From positions 24,800 to 88,799 of the forward strand of contig CAZJMX010000003.1 in NCBI GenBank assembly GCA_964547345.1: DNA of 64,000 bases, read 5' to 3'. The translations under genes were made by a program, and so were the position numbers. The notes under the pieces are model-generated. The model was not told the origin of the DNA. It saw nothing but the letters and a program-made list of their open reading frames with translations, and searched no databases. Shown in pieces: positions 53,898 through 64,000 of the stretch. Within the stretch, counting starts at the first letter, position 1. Each line of letters starts with the position of its first letter. The DNA is from an uncultured Smithella sp. GTDB lineage: Bacteria > Desulfobacterota > Syntrophia > Syntrophales > Smithellaceae.

Positions 53898-54200
53898 ATT
53901 TCCGAAAAATAACGATGGCCGCTTGCGGCAAAGGCTGGTTTCTGAGCGCCTTTTGCGCTTGCTGCGGAAATAAAATAAACCGGACGCCGCCGCCCTTGTG
54001 AATTTCAAAAGGGTGCAACGCATCCGGTGGAGCGCAGGCCGGTTCAACCGGCAAGTAACAAGCAGTTAAAGATCGACGGCCTGAAGATGCAGGCTTGTGT
54101 CCGCATCGAAAAAAATAAGGATTTTTTTTTCAAAAACAGGTATTAAGGTCGGCAATTGTAATAATTTGTTTGTCTAATCTTGGACTGGAGGAGGAAATTC

Positions 54201-54437
54201 ATGACGTTAGAAGAAAAAGTCATTAAACTGGTAATGGAACAGTTGGATGTCACTCAAGAGCAATGTAAGATTGAGGCATCGTTTATCGACGATCTGGGCG
54301 CTGATTCTCTGGATCTGGTTGAGCTGATCATGGAGATGGAAGAAGCGTTTGGTGTGGAAATCGCCGACGAAGAACTGGAAAAGATTCGCACCATCAAAGA
54401 TGTCATCGATTTTCTCCAGAAAAAAGGCATTAGTTAA
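54201..54437 (+). CDS. acpP: acyl carrier protein
   Basis: DLGADSLDLVELIMEMEEAF phosphopantetheine-site motif. GGAGGAGG SD upstream of ATG at 54201. Confidence 0.9.
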   Translation: MTLEEKVIKLVMEQLDVTQEQCKIEASFIDDLGADSLDLVELIMEMEEAFGVEIADEELEKIRTIKDVIDFLQKKGIS

Positions 54438-54465
54438 TTATCTTAATATATCAGGATCATAATCC

Positions 54466-55707
54466 ATGAAAAGGCGTGTGGTTATAACAGGCCTCGGTGC
54501 CCTGACTCCCCTTGGTAATTCGGTTGCGGAATCCTGGGCTGGCGCCATTGCCGGAAAATCCGGCATCGTCCCCATTACCCGTTTTGATGCTTCCGCTTTT
54601 CCATCCCGGATTGCAGGCGAGATTAAAAATTTTGATCCGATGCAATACGTCGATAAGAAGGAAATCCGCCGCTATGACAACTTTGCCATTTATGCCATTG
54701 CCACGGCTCAGATGGCCCTCGCGGATGCAGCGCTGACGATCAGCCCGGAGATTGCAGAAAGAGTCGGCGTGATCATCGGTTCCGCCATCGGCGGCGCGCA
54801 AACCATTGAGGATGAAGTCAGGGCGCTGCTGCAGGGCGGCCCCCGCAAGATTTCACCTTTTGGCGTTCCGGCGATTCTGGCCAATCTGGCCTCCGGCCAT
54901 GTGTCCATGCGCTCCGGCGCCAAAGGCCCGATCAACTGTACGGTGACCGCCTGTGCGGCGGGTACGTCGGCCGTCGGCGATTGTTATAAAACGATTGCTT
55001 ACGGCGATGCCGACGCCATGATCAGCGGAGGGGTTGAAGCAGCGATAACACCATTGGGCGTCGGCGGTTTCTGCGCGATGCGTGCTTTATCAACCCGTAA
55101 CGACGATCCGCAAAAAGCCAGTCGTCCGTTTGATAAGGGGCGCAACGGTTTTGTTATCGCCGAAGGTTGTGGTGTGCTGATTTTGGAAGAATTATCTTTT
55201 GCCCAAAAACGCGGCGCGAAGATTTATGCGGAAATTATCGGTTATGGCTGCACATCCGACGCCTATCACCTGGCCGCTCCGCCTCCCGGACACGAAGGCG
55301 CCGCTCGCAGCATGCAGGTGGCTCTCAAAGACGCAGATCTTAAAACGACCGACATCGATTATATCAATGCCCACGGAACATCCACACCGCTCAACGACTT
55401 ATATGAAACCCAGGCCATTAAGACGCTTTTCGGCGAACACGCGAAAAAGCTGCTGGTTAGCTCGACCAAATCCATGACCGGCCACATGCTGGGCGGCACG
55501 GGCGCCGTAGAAGCCATTTTTACCGCCAAGGCGCTTTCGGAAGGCATTGTTCCGCCCACCATCAATCTGGAAGAGCCGGATGAGGGTTGCGACCTGGATT
55601 ACGTGCCGAATGTTGCCCGGCATCAAAGCATCGCCACGGCGATGTCCAACAGCTTCGGATTCGGCGGCGTCAACGCAGTTCTCGTTATGAAGAAATATAC
55701 TGCTTAA
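54466..55707 (+). CDS. fabF: beta-ketoacyl-ACP synthase II
   Basis: Active-site TACAAG context, HGTSTPLND and GHMLGGTGA motifs. Follows acpP. Confidence 0.9.
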   Translation: MKRRVVITGLGALTPLGNSVAESWAGAIAGKSGIVPITRFDASAFPSRIAGEIKNFDPMQYVDKKEIRRYDNFAIYAIATAQMALADAALTISPEIAERVGVIIGSAIGGAQTIEDEVRALLQGGPRKISPFGVPAILANLASGHVSMRSGAKGPINCTVTACAAGTSAVGDCYKTIAYGDADAMISGGVEAAITPLGVGGFCAMRALSTRNDDPQKASRPFDKGRNGFVIAEGCGVLILEELSFAQKRGAKIYAEIIGYGCTSDAYHLAAPPPGHEGAARSMQVALKDADLKTTDIDYINAHGTSTPLNDLYETQAIKTLFGEHAKKLLVSSTKSMTGHMLGGTGAVEAIFTAKALSEGIVPPTINLEEPDEGCDLDYVPNVARHQSIATAMSNSFGFGGVNAVLVMKKYTA

Positions 55708-55734
55708 CATTTTATCGGAGGAATCTTTTTTATA

Positions 55735-56985
55735 ATGTCTGCTTTAGAAAAAGTTGATTCGGAAGTCGCTCGCGCCATCCAATTAGAAACAAGACGTCAG
55801 TCAGGAAAACTGGAACTCATCGCCTCGGAAAATTTCGTCAGTGAAGCCGTCCTGGAAGCTCAGGGCTCTGTCATGACCAATAAATATGCCGAAGGCTATC
55901 CCGGCAAGCGCTATTACGGCGGATGTGAATATGTTGATATCGTGGAGAGTCTGGCCATTGAACGTTGCAAAAAACTCTTCGGCGCCGAAGAAGTCAATGT
56001 TCAGCCCCATTCGGGCACGCAGGCCAACATGGCTGTGTATTTTGCGGCTTGCGCTCCCGGCGATACCATTTTAGGCATGAACCTGTCGCACGGCGGTCAT
56101 CTTTCGCATGGCTCTCCGGCGAACTTTTCCGGGAAATTCTATAAAATCGTTCCGTACGGTGTGAACCGTGATACGGAAACCATCGACTATGATGAGCTGG
56201 CCAAAATCGCCAGAGAAAATAAACCCAAGATGATCGTGGTTGGCGCGAGTGCTTATCCTAGAACGATTGATTTCAACAAGTTCCGCGCCGTGGCCGATGA
56301 AGTCGGCGCGGTGATTATGGCGGACATCGCGCACATCGCGGGATTGGTCGCGACAGGCCTTCATCCCACGCCGATTCCCGTATGCGAATATGTGACCACC
56401 ACCACGCACAAAACGTTGCGCGGGCCGCGCGGCGGACTCGTCATGTGCAAGGAACCCTACATCAAAATTCTCAACAGCCGTGTTTTCCCCGGCATGCAGG
56501 GCGGGCCGCTCATGCACGTCATCGCGGCCAAGGCCGTGGCGCTCAAAGAAGCCTTGATGCCGGAGTTCAAGACGTATCAGCAGCAGATTCTCCTGAACGC
56601 CCAGGCAATGGCGGATCAACTAAAGCTCGAGGGATTCCGCCTGGTATCGGGTGGCACGGACAATCACCTGATGCTTGTGGATCTGACCTCTAAAAAAGTC
56701 ACCGGCAAAGACGCGCAGGAAGCGCTGGATCGTGCGGCCATTACGGTCAATAAAAACGGCATTCCCTTTGATACCCTGGGGCCGATGGTGACCAGCGGCA
56801 TCCGTATCGGCACGCCGGCGCTCACGTCCCGCGGCATGAAAGAAGATGAGATGCGGCTGATCGCGTCGCTCATTGCCGAGGTCATCAATCACATAGATGA
56901 CGAGCAAACCATCAAAGCCGTGGCCGAAAAAGTCAAAACGCTCTGCGACGGGTTTCCTCTCTATCCGCTAAGGATGAAAGGATAA
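55735..56985 (+). CDS. glyA: serine hydroxymethyltransferase
   Basis: [16 protein letters not shown] and [14 protein letters not shown] (PLP lysine). Confidence 0.92.
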   Translation: MSALEKVDSEVARAIQLETRRQSGKLELIASENFVSEAVLEAQGSVMTNKYAEGYPGKRYYGGCEYVDIVESLAIERCKKLFGAEEVNVQPHSGTQANMAVYFAACAPGDTILGMNLSHGGHLSHGSPANFSGKFYKIVPYGVNRDTETIDYDELAKIARENKPKMIVVGASAYPRTIDFNKFRAVADEVGAVIMADIAHIAGLVATGLHPTPIPVCEYVTTTTHKTLRGPRGGLVMCKEPYIKILNSRVFPGMQGGPLMHVIAAKAVALKEALMPEFKTYQQQILLNAQAMADQLKLEGFRLVSGGTDNHLMLVDLTSKKVTGKDAQEALDRAAITVNKNGIPFDTLGPMVTSGIRIGTPALTSRGMKEDEMRLIASLIAEVINHIDDEQTIKAVAEKVKTLCDGFPLYPLRMKG

Positions 56986-57041
56986 CACGAACAAAAAAGA
57001 AAGAGCGTGTAAGCGGGCGGCTCATCAGAAAGCGAAGAGAT

Positions 57042-57536
57042 ATGACGGAAAAAAATGCGCCCTCGCCTAACGTTTTGGAGCGGGTTCGGACGCGACCCGA
57101 CTGGGATACCTACTTTCTGGATATTGTCGAGTTGGTTTCCAAGCGCAGCACATGCCTGCGAAGAGCGGTAGGAGCGGGACTGGTTCGCGACAAAAGGATT
57201 CTGGCCACCGGCTATAACGGCGCTCCTTCCAAATTACAGCATTGCCTGGACATCGGCTGTCTGCGCGATCAACTCAACGTGCCGTCGGGCGAACGACATG
57301 AGTTGTGCCGCGGGCTGCACGCGGAGCAAAACGCGATCATTCAGGCCGCCCTGCACGGCGTCAACACGAAAGATTCCACGTTGTACTGCACCAATCATCC
57401 CTGTGTAATTTGCGCCAAGATGATTATTAACGCCGGCATTTCCCGCATTGTCATTCGTGACGGTTACAGTGACAAACTGGGCGGGGATATGTTAAAAGAA
57501 GCCGGGATCAACGTTGAAACATTGAAAAAATCATAA
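57042..57536 (+). CDS. dCMP (deoxycytidylate) deaminase, ComEB-type
   Basis: HAEQNAI and PCVICAKMI zinc-binding motifs. Confidence 0.8.
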   Translation: MTEKNAPSPNVLERVRTRPDWDTYFLDIVELVSKRSTCLRRAVGAGLVRDKRILATGYNGAPSKLQHCLDIGCLRDQLNVPSGERHELCRGLHAEQNAIIQAALHGVNTKDSTLYCTNHPCVICAKMIINAGISRIVIRDGYSDKLGGDMLKEAGINVETLKKS

Positions 57537-57554
57537 GGATCGGCAAGCGACGAC

Positions 57555-58016
57555 ATGAAATGTCCTTTTTGCGGCAACGCGGAAAACAAAGTCATTGATT
57601 CCCGGATCAGCAAGGATGGCAAAGCCATCCGCCGCCGTCGTGAATGTCTGGGTTGTTCCCGCCGCTTTACCACTTACGAGTATGTGGAAGACATCCTGCC
57701 GATGGTTGTCAAAAAAGACGGGCGGCGCGAGCCGTTTGACCGGGTGAAAATCCGCAACGGGGTGAGAACGGCCTGCGAAAAACGGCCGATCAGTACGGAA
57801 GACATTGAAAAAATGGTCGAAGGCGTGGAAGCCGCCTGCCAGGAATTTCAGGGTGAGGAAATTCCCTCGTCGGTCATCGGCGAAAAAGTAATGAATGAAC
57901 TTAAAGCCATCGACGGTGTGGCCTATGTGCGATTTGCCTCGGTTTACCGGCAGTTTCGCGATGTAGGCGAGTTCATGACGGAACTCAAAGAACTGTTGAG
58001 CAAAGGTAAAAAGTAA
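57555..58016 (+). CDS. nrdR: transcriptional repressor NrdR
   Basis: MKCPFCG...VIDSR...[17 protein letters not shown] zinc ribbon plus ATP-cone. Confidence 0.9.
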   Translation: MKCPFCGNAENKVIDSRISKDGKAIRRRRECLGCSRRFTTYEYVEDILPMVVKKDGRREPFDRVKIRNGVRTACEKRPISTEDIEKMVEGVEAACQEFQGEEIPSSVIGEKVMNELKAIDGVAYVRFASVYRQFRDVGEFMTELKELLSKGKK

Positions 58017-58018
58017 AA

Positions 58019-58654
58019 ATGTTTACCGGCATTATCGAAGGATCGGGGAAAGTCATCCGCCTGACGACAAAAGGCGCGGACGCTGTTTTAGAAATCGACG
58101 CGGGAATCGATTTGAGCGACGTGCGCTTAGGTGACAGCATCGCAGTGGACGGCGCTTGCCTGACGGTCACCTCTAAAACGGCCAAAACATTCACCGCCGA
58201 CGTGTCCGCCGAATCCTTAAACAAAACCAGACTCCGGCATTTAAAGGCGGGACAGAAAGTCAATCTGGAAAAATCGCTGCGCATCGGCGGATTCTTAGGC
58301 GGCCACTTTGTGCTGGGGCATGTGGACGGGGTTGGCCGGATTCTCTCGAAGACGCAGAAATCAGGATCGATGATTTTTGCCATCGAAGCGGATGCCGCTG
58401 TGTCACGCTATATCGTCGAAAAAGGGTCGGTGGCTATCGACGGCATCAGTCTCACGGTGAACAAGCTTGAAAAAGGCCGGTTTTATGTTAATATCATTCC
58501 GCATACGTCCGCCAATACGACACTGACTGAAAAAAAAGAGGCGGATTGGGTTAACATTGAAACGGATGTTTTGGGAAAATATGTTGAAAAGTTATTGCAA
58601 AGCCCGCGGGGAATCGATAAGGACTTTCTCGCCGAACAGGGTTTTATTAAATAA
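58019..58654 (+). CDS. ribE: riboflavin synthase (alpha chain)
   Basis: MFTGIIEG... with the duplicated GDSIAVDGACLTV / GSVAIDGISLTV motif. Confidence 0.9.
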   Translation: MFTGIIEGSGKVIRLTTKGADAVLEIDAGIDLSDVRLGDSIAVDGACLTVTSKTAKTFTADVSAESLNKTRLRHLKAGQKVNLEKSLRIGGFLGGHFVLGHVDGVGRILSKTQKSGSMIFAIEADAAVSRYIVEKGSVAIDGISLTVNKLEKGRFYVNIIPHTSANTTLTEKKEADWVNIETDVLGKYVEKLLQSPRGIDKDFLAEQGFIK

Positions 58655-58667
58655 GTAAGGATATAAT

Positions 58668-59870
58668 ATGGCAGTCAGCAAAATTTCGGAAGCACTAGAA
58701 GACATTCGCAACGGGAAGATGATCATTCTCGTGGATGATGAAGATCGTGAAAACGAAGGCGATTTGTTCATGGCGGCGCAGTTTGTAACGCCGGAAGCGA
58801 TCAATTTCATGGCCAGGTTGGGACGCGGCTTGATTTGCCTCACGATCAATGAAGAAATTGCCCACCGTCTGAATCTGAATTTGATGGTGAAGGATAATCA
58901 GGCGCGTTTCGGCACGGCGTTTACCGTGTCCATCGAAGCGCGCCATGGCGTTTCCACGGGTATCTCGGCTGCGGATCGCGCAACGACGATTCTGGCGGCA
59001 GTGAATCCGGCAGGCAAGGCCGAAGATATTGTCAGTCCCGGGCATGTGTTCCCGATTCGCGCGCGCAAGGGCGGCGTTTTGGTGCGTACGGGACAGACCG
59101 AAGGCTCGGTGGACTTGTGCCGTCTGGCAGGGCTTACGCCGTCGGGCGTGATCTGCGAGATCATGAAAGACGACGGCACGATGGCGCGGATGCCGGATCT
59201 GGAAATCTTTGCCCGTGAGCACAACCTCAAAATCGCCACCATCGCCGATCTCATCGATTACCGGATGCAGCATGAATCGCTGATCCGGCGCGTCGCGGAA
59301 GCTGATCTGCCGACCCTCTACGGCGGCGATTTCAAAATCATCGTTTATGAAAACGATGTGGACGACATGCAGCACATTGCGCTCGTGAAAGGCGACATCA
59401 CCAAAGAGGATGACGTGCTGGTCCGCGTGCATTCGGAATGCTGCACCGGCGATATTTTCGCCTCCGCCCGCTGCGATTGCGGCGATCAGCTGCACCGCGC
59501 CATGGAAATGATTGAAGAGGAGGGCAAGGGCGTTATCGTCTATATGCGTCAGGAAGGACGCGGCATCGGACTGGCCAACAAAATCAAAGCCTATGCCCTT
59601 CAGGATAAGGGCCACGACACGGTCGAAGCCAACATCGCCCTGGGCTTCAAGGCAGACTTGCGAGACTACGGCCTCGGCGCGCAGATTCTGGCGGATGTGG
59701 GCGTGCATAAGATGCGGCTCCTGACCAACAATCCCAAAAAGATTGTCGGACTGGAAGGCTACGGCATTGCGGTATCCCGGCGCATGCCGATTGAAATTCC
59801 ACCCAATGAAAAAAACATACGGTATATGTCCACCAAAAAAAGCAAGATGGGACATATTCTGGATCTGTAA
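58668..59870 (+). CDS. ribBA: bifunctional 3,4-dihydroxy-2-butanone-4-phosphate synthase / GTP cyclohydrolase II
   Basis: [11 protein letters not shown] (DHBP synthase) and [15 protein letters not shown] (GCH II zinc site). Confidence 0.9.
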   Translation: MAVSKISEALEDIRNGKMIILVDDEDRENEGDLFMAAQFVTPEAINFMARLGRGLICLTINEEIAHRLNLNLMVKDNQARFGTAFTVSIEARHGVSTGISAADRATTILAAVNPAGKAEDIVSPGHVFPIRARKGGVLVRTGQTEGSVDLCRLAGLTPSGVICEIMKDDGTMARMPDLEIFAREHNLKIATIADLIDYRMQHESLIRRVAEADLPTLYGGDFKIIVYENDVDDMQHIALVKGDITKEDDVLVRVHSECCTGDIFASARCDCGDQLHRAMEMIEEEGKGVIVYMRQEGRGIGLANKIKAYALQDKGHDTVEANIALGFKADLRDYGLGAQILADVGVHKMRLLTNNPKKIVGLEGYGIAVSRRMPIEIPPNEKNIRYMSTKKSKMGHILDL

Positions 59871-59978
59871 AAACTAAAGACGCCCCGAAGGCGCGGAAAA
59901 CCGGAACAAGGGGTCTTGCCACCCGAATGGGTGGTTGCAATCCCTTGTTCATATAAACATAAGGATGGTGCCAAAATC

Positions 59979-60449
59979 ATGCCGAAGATAATTGAAGGAA
60001 AGATAGTTGCCAAGGGAATGAAGTTTGCGATCGCCGCAAGCCGGTTCAACGATTTCATCAGCGGACGCCTCATTGAAGGCGCGGTTGACACGCTGGTGCG
60101 GGCCGGCGCCGATGAAAAAGACATCACGATCTGCAAAGTCCCCGGCGCTTTTGAGTTGCCGCATGCGGCCAAGAGGCTGGCCAAAAGCGCGCGTTATGAT
60201 GCGGTCATCTGCCTGGGCGCGGTCATTCGCGGCGCAACCCCGCATTTTGAATATGTCAGCTCGGAAGTCTCCAAAGGAATCGCCAATGTGGGACTGGATG
60301 CCGACGTTCCCGTCATCTTCGGTGTGTTGACGACCGACACCATCGAGCAGGCGATTGAACGGGCGGGCACCAAGTCCGGCAACAAAGGTGCGGACGCGGC
60401 GCTTGCGGCCATTGAAATGGTCGATCTTTTCAAGAAGATCAACGCCTGA
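59979..60449 (+). CDS. ribH: 6,7-dimethyl-8-ribityllumazine synthase
   Basis: [12 protein letters not shown]...VPGAFELP...[17 protein letters not shown] at 59979 preferred over the longer ORF-track start. Confidence 0.9.
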   Translation: MPKIIEGKIVAKGMKFAIAASRFNDFISGRLIEGAVDTLVRAGADEKDITICKVPGAFELPHAAKRLAKSARYDAVICLGAVIRGATPHFEYVSSEVSKGIANVGLDADVPVIFGVLTTDTIEQAIERAGTKSGNKGADAALAAIEMVDLFKKINA

Positions 60450-60507
60450 TTTTTTACAACGCAATATGGCGCAGGCCTAAGCCTGCGCTTTTGGATTTGA
60501 GGAAAAG

Positions 60508-60948
60508 ATGCACGAACGGAGAAAGGCGCGCGAAGTCGCCTTGCAGGTTCTTTACGGTTTGAATTTTGTCAGTCTCGATGTCGAAAAAGCCCTGGCGCTT
60601 TTCTGGGGGAATTTTGTCGCCCCCAAGTCGGCTCAGGAGTTTGCGGCCACGCTGGTCGAGGGCGCCTGGGGGCATCGCACGGAACTCGACTCGCTGATCG
60701 ACGATTGTTCGGACAACTGGTCTTTGGGGCGCATGTCCAAGGTGGACATCAGCATTTTACGGATGGCGGTGTTTGAGCTTCTGTATTGCGAAGACATTCC
60801 GCCCAAAGTCACGATTAATGAAGCGGTTGATCTGGGGAAAATGTTTGGATCGGAAAATTCCGGTTCATTTATTAACGGCATTCTGGATGCCCTGAATTTG
60901 AAGCTGAGCAAAAACGATGCAGCTAAACCTGTCCACCCATCCGCCTGA
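60508..60948 (+). CDS. nusB: transcription antitermination factor NusB
   Basis: RRKAREVALQVLY...ILRMAVFELLY...INEAVDLGK...FINGILD. Confidence 0.88.
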   Translation: MHERRKAREVALQVLYGLNFVSLDVEKALALFWGNFVAPKSAQEFAATLVEGAWGHRTELDSLIDDCSDNWSLGRMSKVDISILRMAVFELLYCEDIPPKVTINEAVDLGKMFGSENSGSFINGILDALNLKLSKNDAAKPVHPSA

Positions 60949-61486
60949 CCGGCAAAGGCATAGATGCCTGGTGCTCGGTTTTTTCAGTGATGAAAAACCG
61001 CCGCGAGGTGTTTGCGGATTTCTGGACTGGCGTCTCAACGGCATGATCTCGCGGGAGATCGTGCACAGACACGTGACAGGCGAGTTTAAGGAAAAAGTGG
61101 CCATTCCTTATCCGGATCGCATCGATTCCGATTTGTTGCTGCTCTTCGGGTTGGGCAATGTGTCCGATCTATCCTACGACCGTCTTTACAGCGCAGCCTA
61201 TGAGATTGCCGGCACCATGGACAAAATGAAAATTTGGGATTTTGCGTTTGACCTGCCGGGGGAAGGACGGTCCCAGCTCACCACCGCCGGCATTCTGGAA
61301 GCCATGATCACCGGCTATTTTGATTTCCTGTCGGAGGACATCAGCAAGCTATCTCTCGTCAAGACCTGCCTGGTCACATCTTCCGAGCGTCTGAAAGGCG
61401 TGGCGGAGGGCATTCGGCAATTTCACAAAAACGTGCGGCATCTGGGATCTGTTGATTTCAGCACTCTGGAACCGCATTTCACTTAA
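60917..61486 (+). CDS. hypothetical protein (possibly M17-aminopeptidase N-terminal-like domain)
   Basis: ORF overlaps the nusB end by 32 nt. The family assignment is a weak impression only. Confidence 0.4.
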   Translation: MQLNLSTHPPDRQRHRCLVLGFFSDEKPPRGVCGFLDWRLNGMISREIVHRHVTGEFKEKVAIPYPDRIDSDLLLLFGLGNVSDLSYDRLYSAAYEIAGTMDKMKIWDFAFDLPGEGRSQLTTAGILEAMITGYFDFLSEDISKLSLVKTCLVTSSERLKGVAEGIRQFHKNVRHLGSVDFSTLEPHFT

Positions 61487-61534
61487 GTATCTCGCATCTC
61501 GTCGTTCGTATCTCGTTAATAGAATAATCCGATA

Positions 61535-62845
61535 TTAATCCATGTGTTCCAATGACAGTTTCGCGGGCTGTTTGCCCAGAAGCACCATGCCGAAATGTTC
61601 GTATTTCTCGCCGGTCTTCACATCCATGTCATGCCAGCGGGCCAGAAACTCGCGTTCGCGCAGCCAGGTGCGTCGGATCGTTGCCGGGTCTTCAAACAGC
61701 AAAACGTCCTTGTTGAGGCCGATGACAATCGCGTAGTGGCCGTCGTCCCAGTCGCGGCGCCAGTCGTCGAGCGTCATGTAGCGATCCGCCCAGGCCTGCA
61801 AAAGCACAATCACCGGCGTTCCCTCGTCCACATATTGCTTCACCGAATTGAGCGACCATTGCGTGCCGGATTTCACTTCGAAGCCGTGGCTTTGCGCCAC
61901 AGCAATCATCGACTGAGGCGGCGTTCCCTCCTCACTTGTGCCGAGCGCCTGCATCAGTTCGTCGCTGTCGACCTCGACGCCATAATAATTCATGACGTTC
62001 TGGAGCGCTTGCGCGCCGCAGTCGTAGTCGTAGGCCTGCTTGCCGATATGCAGATCAATCATCGATACTTTTTGTGATTCCTGAAGCGATTGCAGCGTCT
62101 GGTTGAGCGATTCGGCAAATGCGCGCCGCAGGCGGTTGATCTGCCCGACATTGGGAGTGCCGTCGGCGTTTCTGAAAAGGCGTTCGTTGGTTTCCTGAAT
62201 AAAGGCGGGTGCGCGGGCGCCAATCCGTTTCATCGCATTGACCGAATGCGCGGCGCAGACGTGACCGTGCACGTGGACGAAGTCGGAGCCGTTGACGGTG
62301 ATGAGCACATCGGGCAAGTGTTTGCGCAACTCGGCGGCATAGGTCTCCACGATGATATCCGGGCCGTAAATGAGCGGTTTTTCATCGCGATCGGTATGCT
62401 GAAAATTCATCAGGTCGATTTGGTTGTCAACCATGCCGCGGGCGGTGATGGTGGAATGACCGTCAAACAGCAGGCCTGCGCCTGCGGCAATGTTTTCTTC
62501 GATATTGCGGTGAAAAGGTTTGAGGTATTTTTCCGACCAGGCCCCCCGCATAGAAGCGGACGGCTCATAGCCTGCGCGATAAATTGAACGGCCGAAGACA
62601 TCCTGAAGCGGCACGCTCTCGTCGATGTCCGCCGGATCACGGTTGGCTTCCAGCAAGATACTGCAATAGGGAAAGACCATCTGCCGGTTGCCGAGAATGT
62701 CCCGGAAATCGTAGAGCCACTGCGTATGCCAGTCGACATTTTTAATCAGCGCGGAAAAATCGTCGGTCAGGTCTTCCAGCGATATCTCCGGTGGAATGAC
62801 AACGCCGCTATGCGGCACAACAACCAGAATATCCGATCCCGTCAT
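61535..62845 (-). CDS. N-formylglutamate amidohydrolase-like domain fused to a C39-like cysteine peptidase domain
   Basis: N-terminal VVVPHSG...FDGHS (FGase-like). C-terminal YDYDCGAQALQNVMNYYG ... DGHYAIVIG (Cys/His papain-like pair). Confidence 0.5.
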   Translation of the reverse strand: MTGSDILVVVPHSGVVIPPEISLEDLTDDFSALIKNVDWHTQWLYDFRDILGNRQMVFPYCSILLEANRDPADIDESVPLQDVFGRSIYRAGYEPSASMRGAWSEKYLKPFHRNIEENIAAGAGLLFDGHSTITARGMVDNQIDLMNFQHTDRDEKPLIYGPDIIVETYAAELRKHLPDVLITVNGSDFVHVHGHVCAAHSVNAMKRIGARAPAFIQETNERLFRNADGTPNVGQINRLRRAFAESLNQTLQSLQESQKVSMIDLHIGKQAYDYDCGAQALQNVMNYYGVEVDSDELMQALGTSEEGTPPQSMIAVAQSHGFEVKSGTQWSLNSVKQYVDEGTPVIVLLQAWADRYMTLDDWRRDWDDGHYAIVIGLNKDVLLFEDPATIRRTWLREREFLARWHDMDVKTGEKYEHFGMVLLGKQPAKLSLEHMD

Positions 62846-63076
62846 AAGTCACATCCTTAAACTGATCATAGACTGTGTTGCAGTGATTCTACACGGTGCT
62901 ACCCATAAGATATAATTTATTTTATATCTTTTTCAGTTTTTTGAACATGTAAAAAAAGAAAAATGTTTTATAATTGTAACCATTTGATTCTATGGTGTTT
63001 TGTCTAGATATTCAATTAATTGATTGACACCTATCGCCGATCTTCTTATGCTTTTGCGCAAAGAGATTTAAAAAAC

Positions 63077-63164
63077 TCTCCCTACGGTCATTTCGACCGC
63101 AGGGAGAAATCTTTTGTGGATTAACCCGAATAAAATTTCTCATCGCATCGCTCGTCGAAATGAC
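63077..63164. repeat. REP-like element: hairpin unit plus an inverted partner (gtcatttcgac ... gtcgaaatgac)
   Basis: 13-bp stem tctccctacggtc/gaccgcagggaga (1 mismatch) at 63077-63107. 11-bp perfect inverted repeat 63087-63097 / 63154-63164. Confidence 0.65.
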
Positions 63165-63210
63165 AGTTGTGCGGAAGGTTTCTCAAAGAAAGCAGGTTCC
63201 TTTGAAATCC

Positions 63211-64000
63211 ATGCCCCCCTCATCTGATGTCCGGCAAAACTCTTTTCCCGGCGGTTTGACGCTTGCGGGCGTGATGCTGGCTTACGGTGGCATTTGCGGC
63301 AATGTGACCTATGCCTTCGGGGTATTTCTGCCGTCCATGAGTGAAACGTTTGGCTGGAGCCGGCAGGCTCTGTCAGGCCCCTATACCCTTTTTCTGATCA
63401 TCGGCGGCATGCTGGGGCCGCTGGCCGGATTTACGATTGCGCGGTTTGGCGCCCGGAAAAATATTGTTCTGGGAAACATCATCGCGGCGCTGGGCTTGCT
63501 GGGTATGTCTCAGATCCAGGAACTCTGGCATGTTTATCTCTTTTTCGGGGTGATGGGCGGATTGGGACTGGCCTTTTCTGAATTTTTACCCGTGACCACT
63601 GTGATTAATCAGTGGTTCATCAGGCGCAGGTCGCTTGCGCTGGGGTTTCTTTTCGCCTCCGGCGGTGCGGGCGGTTTTTTTCTGCCCCCGCTGATCAGTA
63701 TGCTGATGACCTCCTTTGGATGGCGTTGGACATGGGTTTGTCTGGCCGTCATCCATCTGCTGCTGGGGGTTATTCTGGCCGGATTGCTGATCCGGAACAG
63801 GCCGGAAGATGAAGGCCGGTTTCCGGACGGACACACATCGCAAGCCGCGTTTGATTCATCGGACCCTTCCGCGACAAGCCGCGTTTATTCCACAAAAGAC
63901 GACTGGCGTCTCAGCGATGCCCTGCGGACGCCGGTCCTTTGGATTTTGTTGATTTTGTTTTCCGTGCTTCTTTTCACCACCACCCTGCTGACCACCCATC
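63211..64000 (+). CDS. MFS transporter (oxalate/formate antiporter-like), 3'-partial
   Basis: ATG at 63211, open to the window end. Successive hydrophobic helices (GVMLAYGGICGN..., LFLIIGGMLGPLAG..., FASGGAGGFFLPPLI...). Confidence 0.7.
   Translation, partial: MPPSSDVRQNSFPGGLTLAGVMLAYGGICGNVTYAFGVFLPSMSETFGWSRQALSGPYTLFLIIGGMLGPLAGFTIARFGARKNIVLGNIIAALGLLGMSQIQELWHVYLFFGVMGGLGLAFSEFLPVTTVINQWFIRRRSLALGFLFASGGAGGFFLPPLISMLMTSFGWRWTWVCLAVIHLLLGVILAGLLIRNRPEDEGRFPDGHTSQAAFDSSDPSATSRVYSTKDDWRLSDALRTPVLWILLILFSVLLFTTTLLTTH

Noticed and set aside
53898-54200. Missing plsX-fabHDG genes between rpmF and acpP as a possible deletion
   Set aside because: Gene order varies between phyla. The spacer has no gene fragments that I can recognise, so there is no evidence of a deletion.
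56986-58018. FMN riboswitch upstream of the rib genes
   Set aside because: The spacers before the deaminase gene, nrdR and ribE are short and show no FMN-aptamer-like conserved stems. ribE follows nrdR by 2 nt.
1-64000. CRISPR arrays, rRNA genes, IS/transposase genes
   Set aside because: No regularly spaced direct repeats, no rRNA-like sequence and no transposase-like ORF were seen in the window. The only RNA gene I can support is tRNA-Glu.

Overview
This window is probably from a Desulfobacterota-type genome, judged from gene content only (low confidence). It has three parts.

(1) 1-14.6 kb, core-like genes. These are an outer-membrane barrel protein, a YihY/BrkB-cNMP fusion, an acidic-repeat protein with an FGE-sulfatase domain, a Zn-dependent alcohol dehydrogenase, a transglutaminase-like protein, a PaaI thioesterase and a ferredoxin-nitroreductase. 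A MrfA/MrfB-like helicase-exonuclease pair follows, split by a small GIY-YIG gene nested in REP-like hairpin repeats.

(2) About 14.65-51.33 kb, a mosaic and partly decayed accessory (defence) island. It ends at a tRNA-Glu(CUC) gene next to a tyrosine recombinase that looks truncated. Its contents are:
- recognisable modules: AbiEi/AbiEii, a ParE/RelE toxin-antitoxin pair, Fic, a GmrSD-like DUF262/DUF1524 enzyme, an AAA-ATPase + RloB (AbiL-like) pair and an ImmA/XRE module;
- gene wrecks: vapC, an AlbA_2 regulator, an sbcD-sbcC deletion fusion, a helicase-PLD fragment and a Hel308-like fragment;
- candidates I cannot assign to a described system:
  (a) a single gene of about 1550 aa with a Cap4-like nuclease, a P-loop NTPase and a HEAT solenoid;
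  (b) a three-gene envelope cassette (650-aa helical protein, lipoprotein, membrane-anchored patatin/DUF3376 phospholipase), bracketed by a 45-bp direct repeat of the sbcC 3' end;
  (c) an MmeI-family methyltransferase whose nuclease motif looks degenerate, translationally coupled to an SF2 helicase and a T5orf172/GIY-YIG nuclease;
  (d) GmrSD tightly coupled to a zinc-ribbon RES-domain protein;
  (e) an unknown 312-aa gene preceded by a promoter, an SD-sequestering hairpin, a 39-codon ORF and an intrinsic terminator.

(3) 51.4-64 kb, core housekeeping genes. These are gltX, yceD-rpmF, acpP-fabF, glyA, a dCMP deaminase, nrdR, ribE-ribBA-ribH-nusB, an FGase/C39-like protein and a 3'-partial MFS transporter.

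No CRISPR array, rRNA or transposase was seen. All family assignments come from motif recognition by eye; no database search was run.
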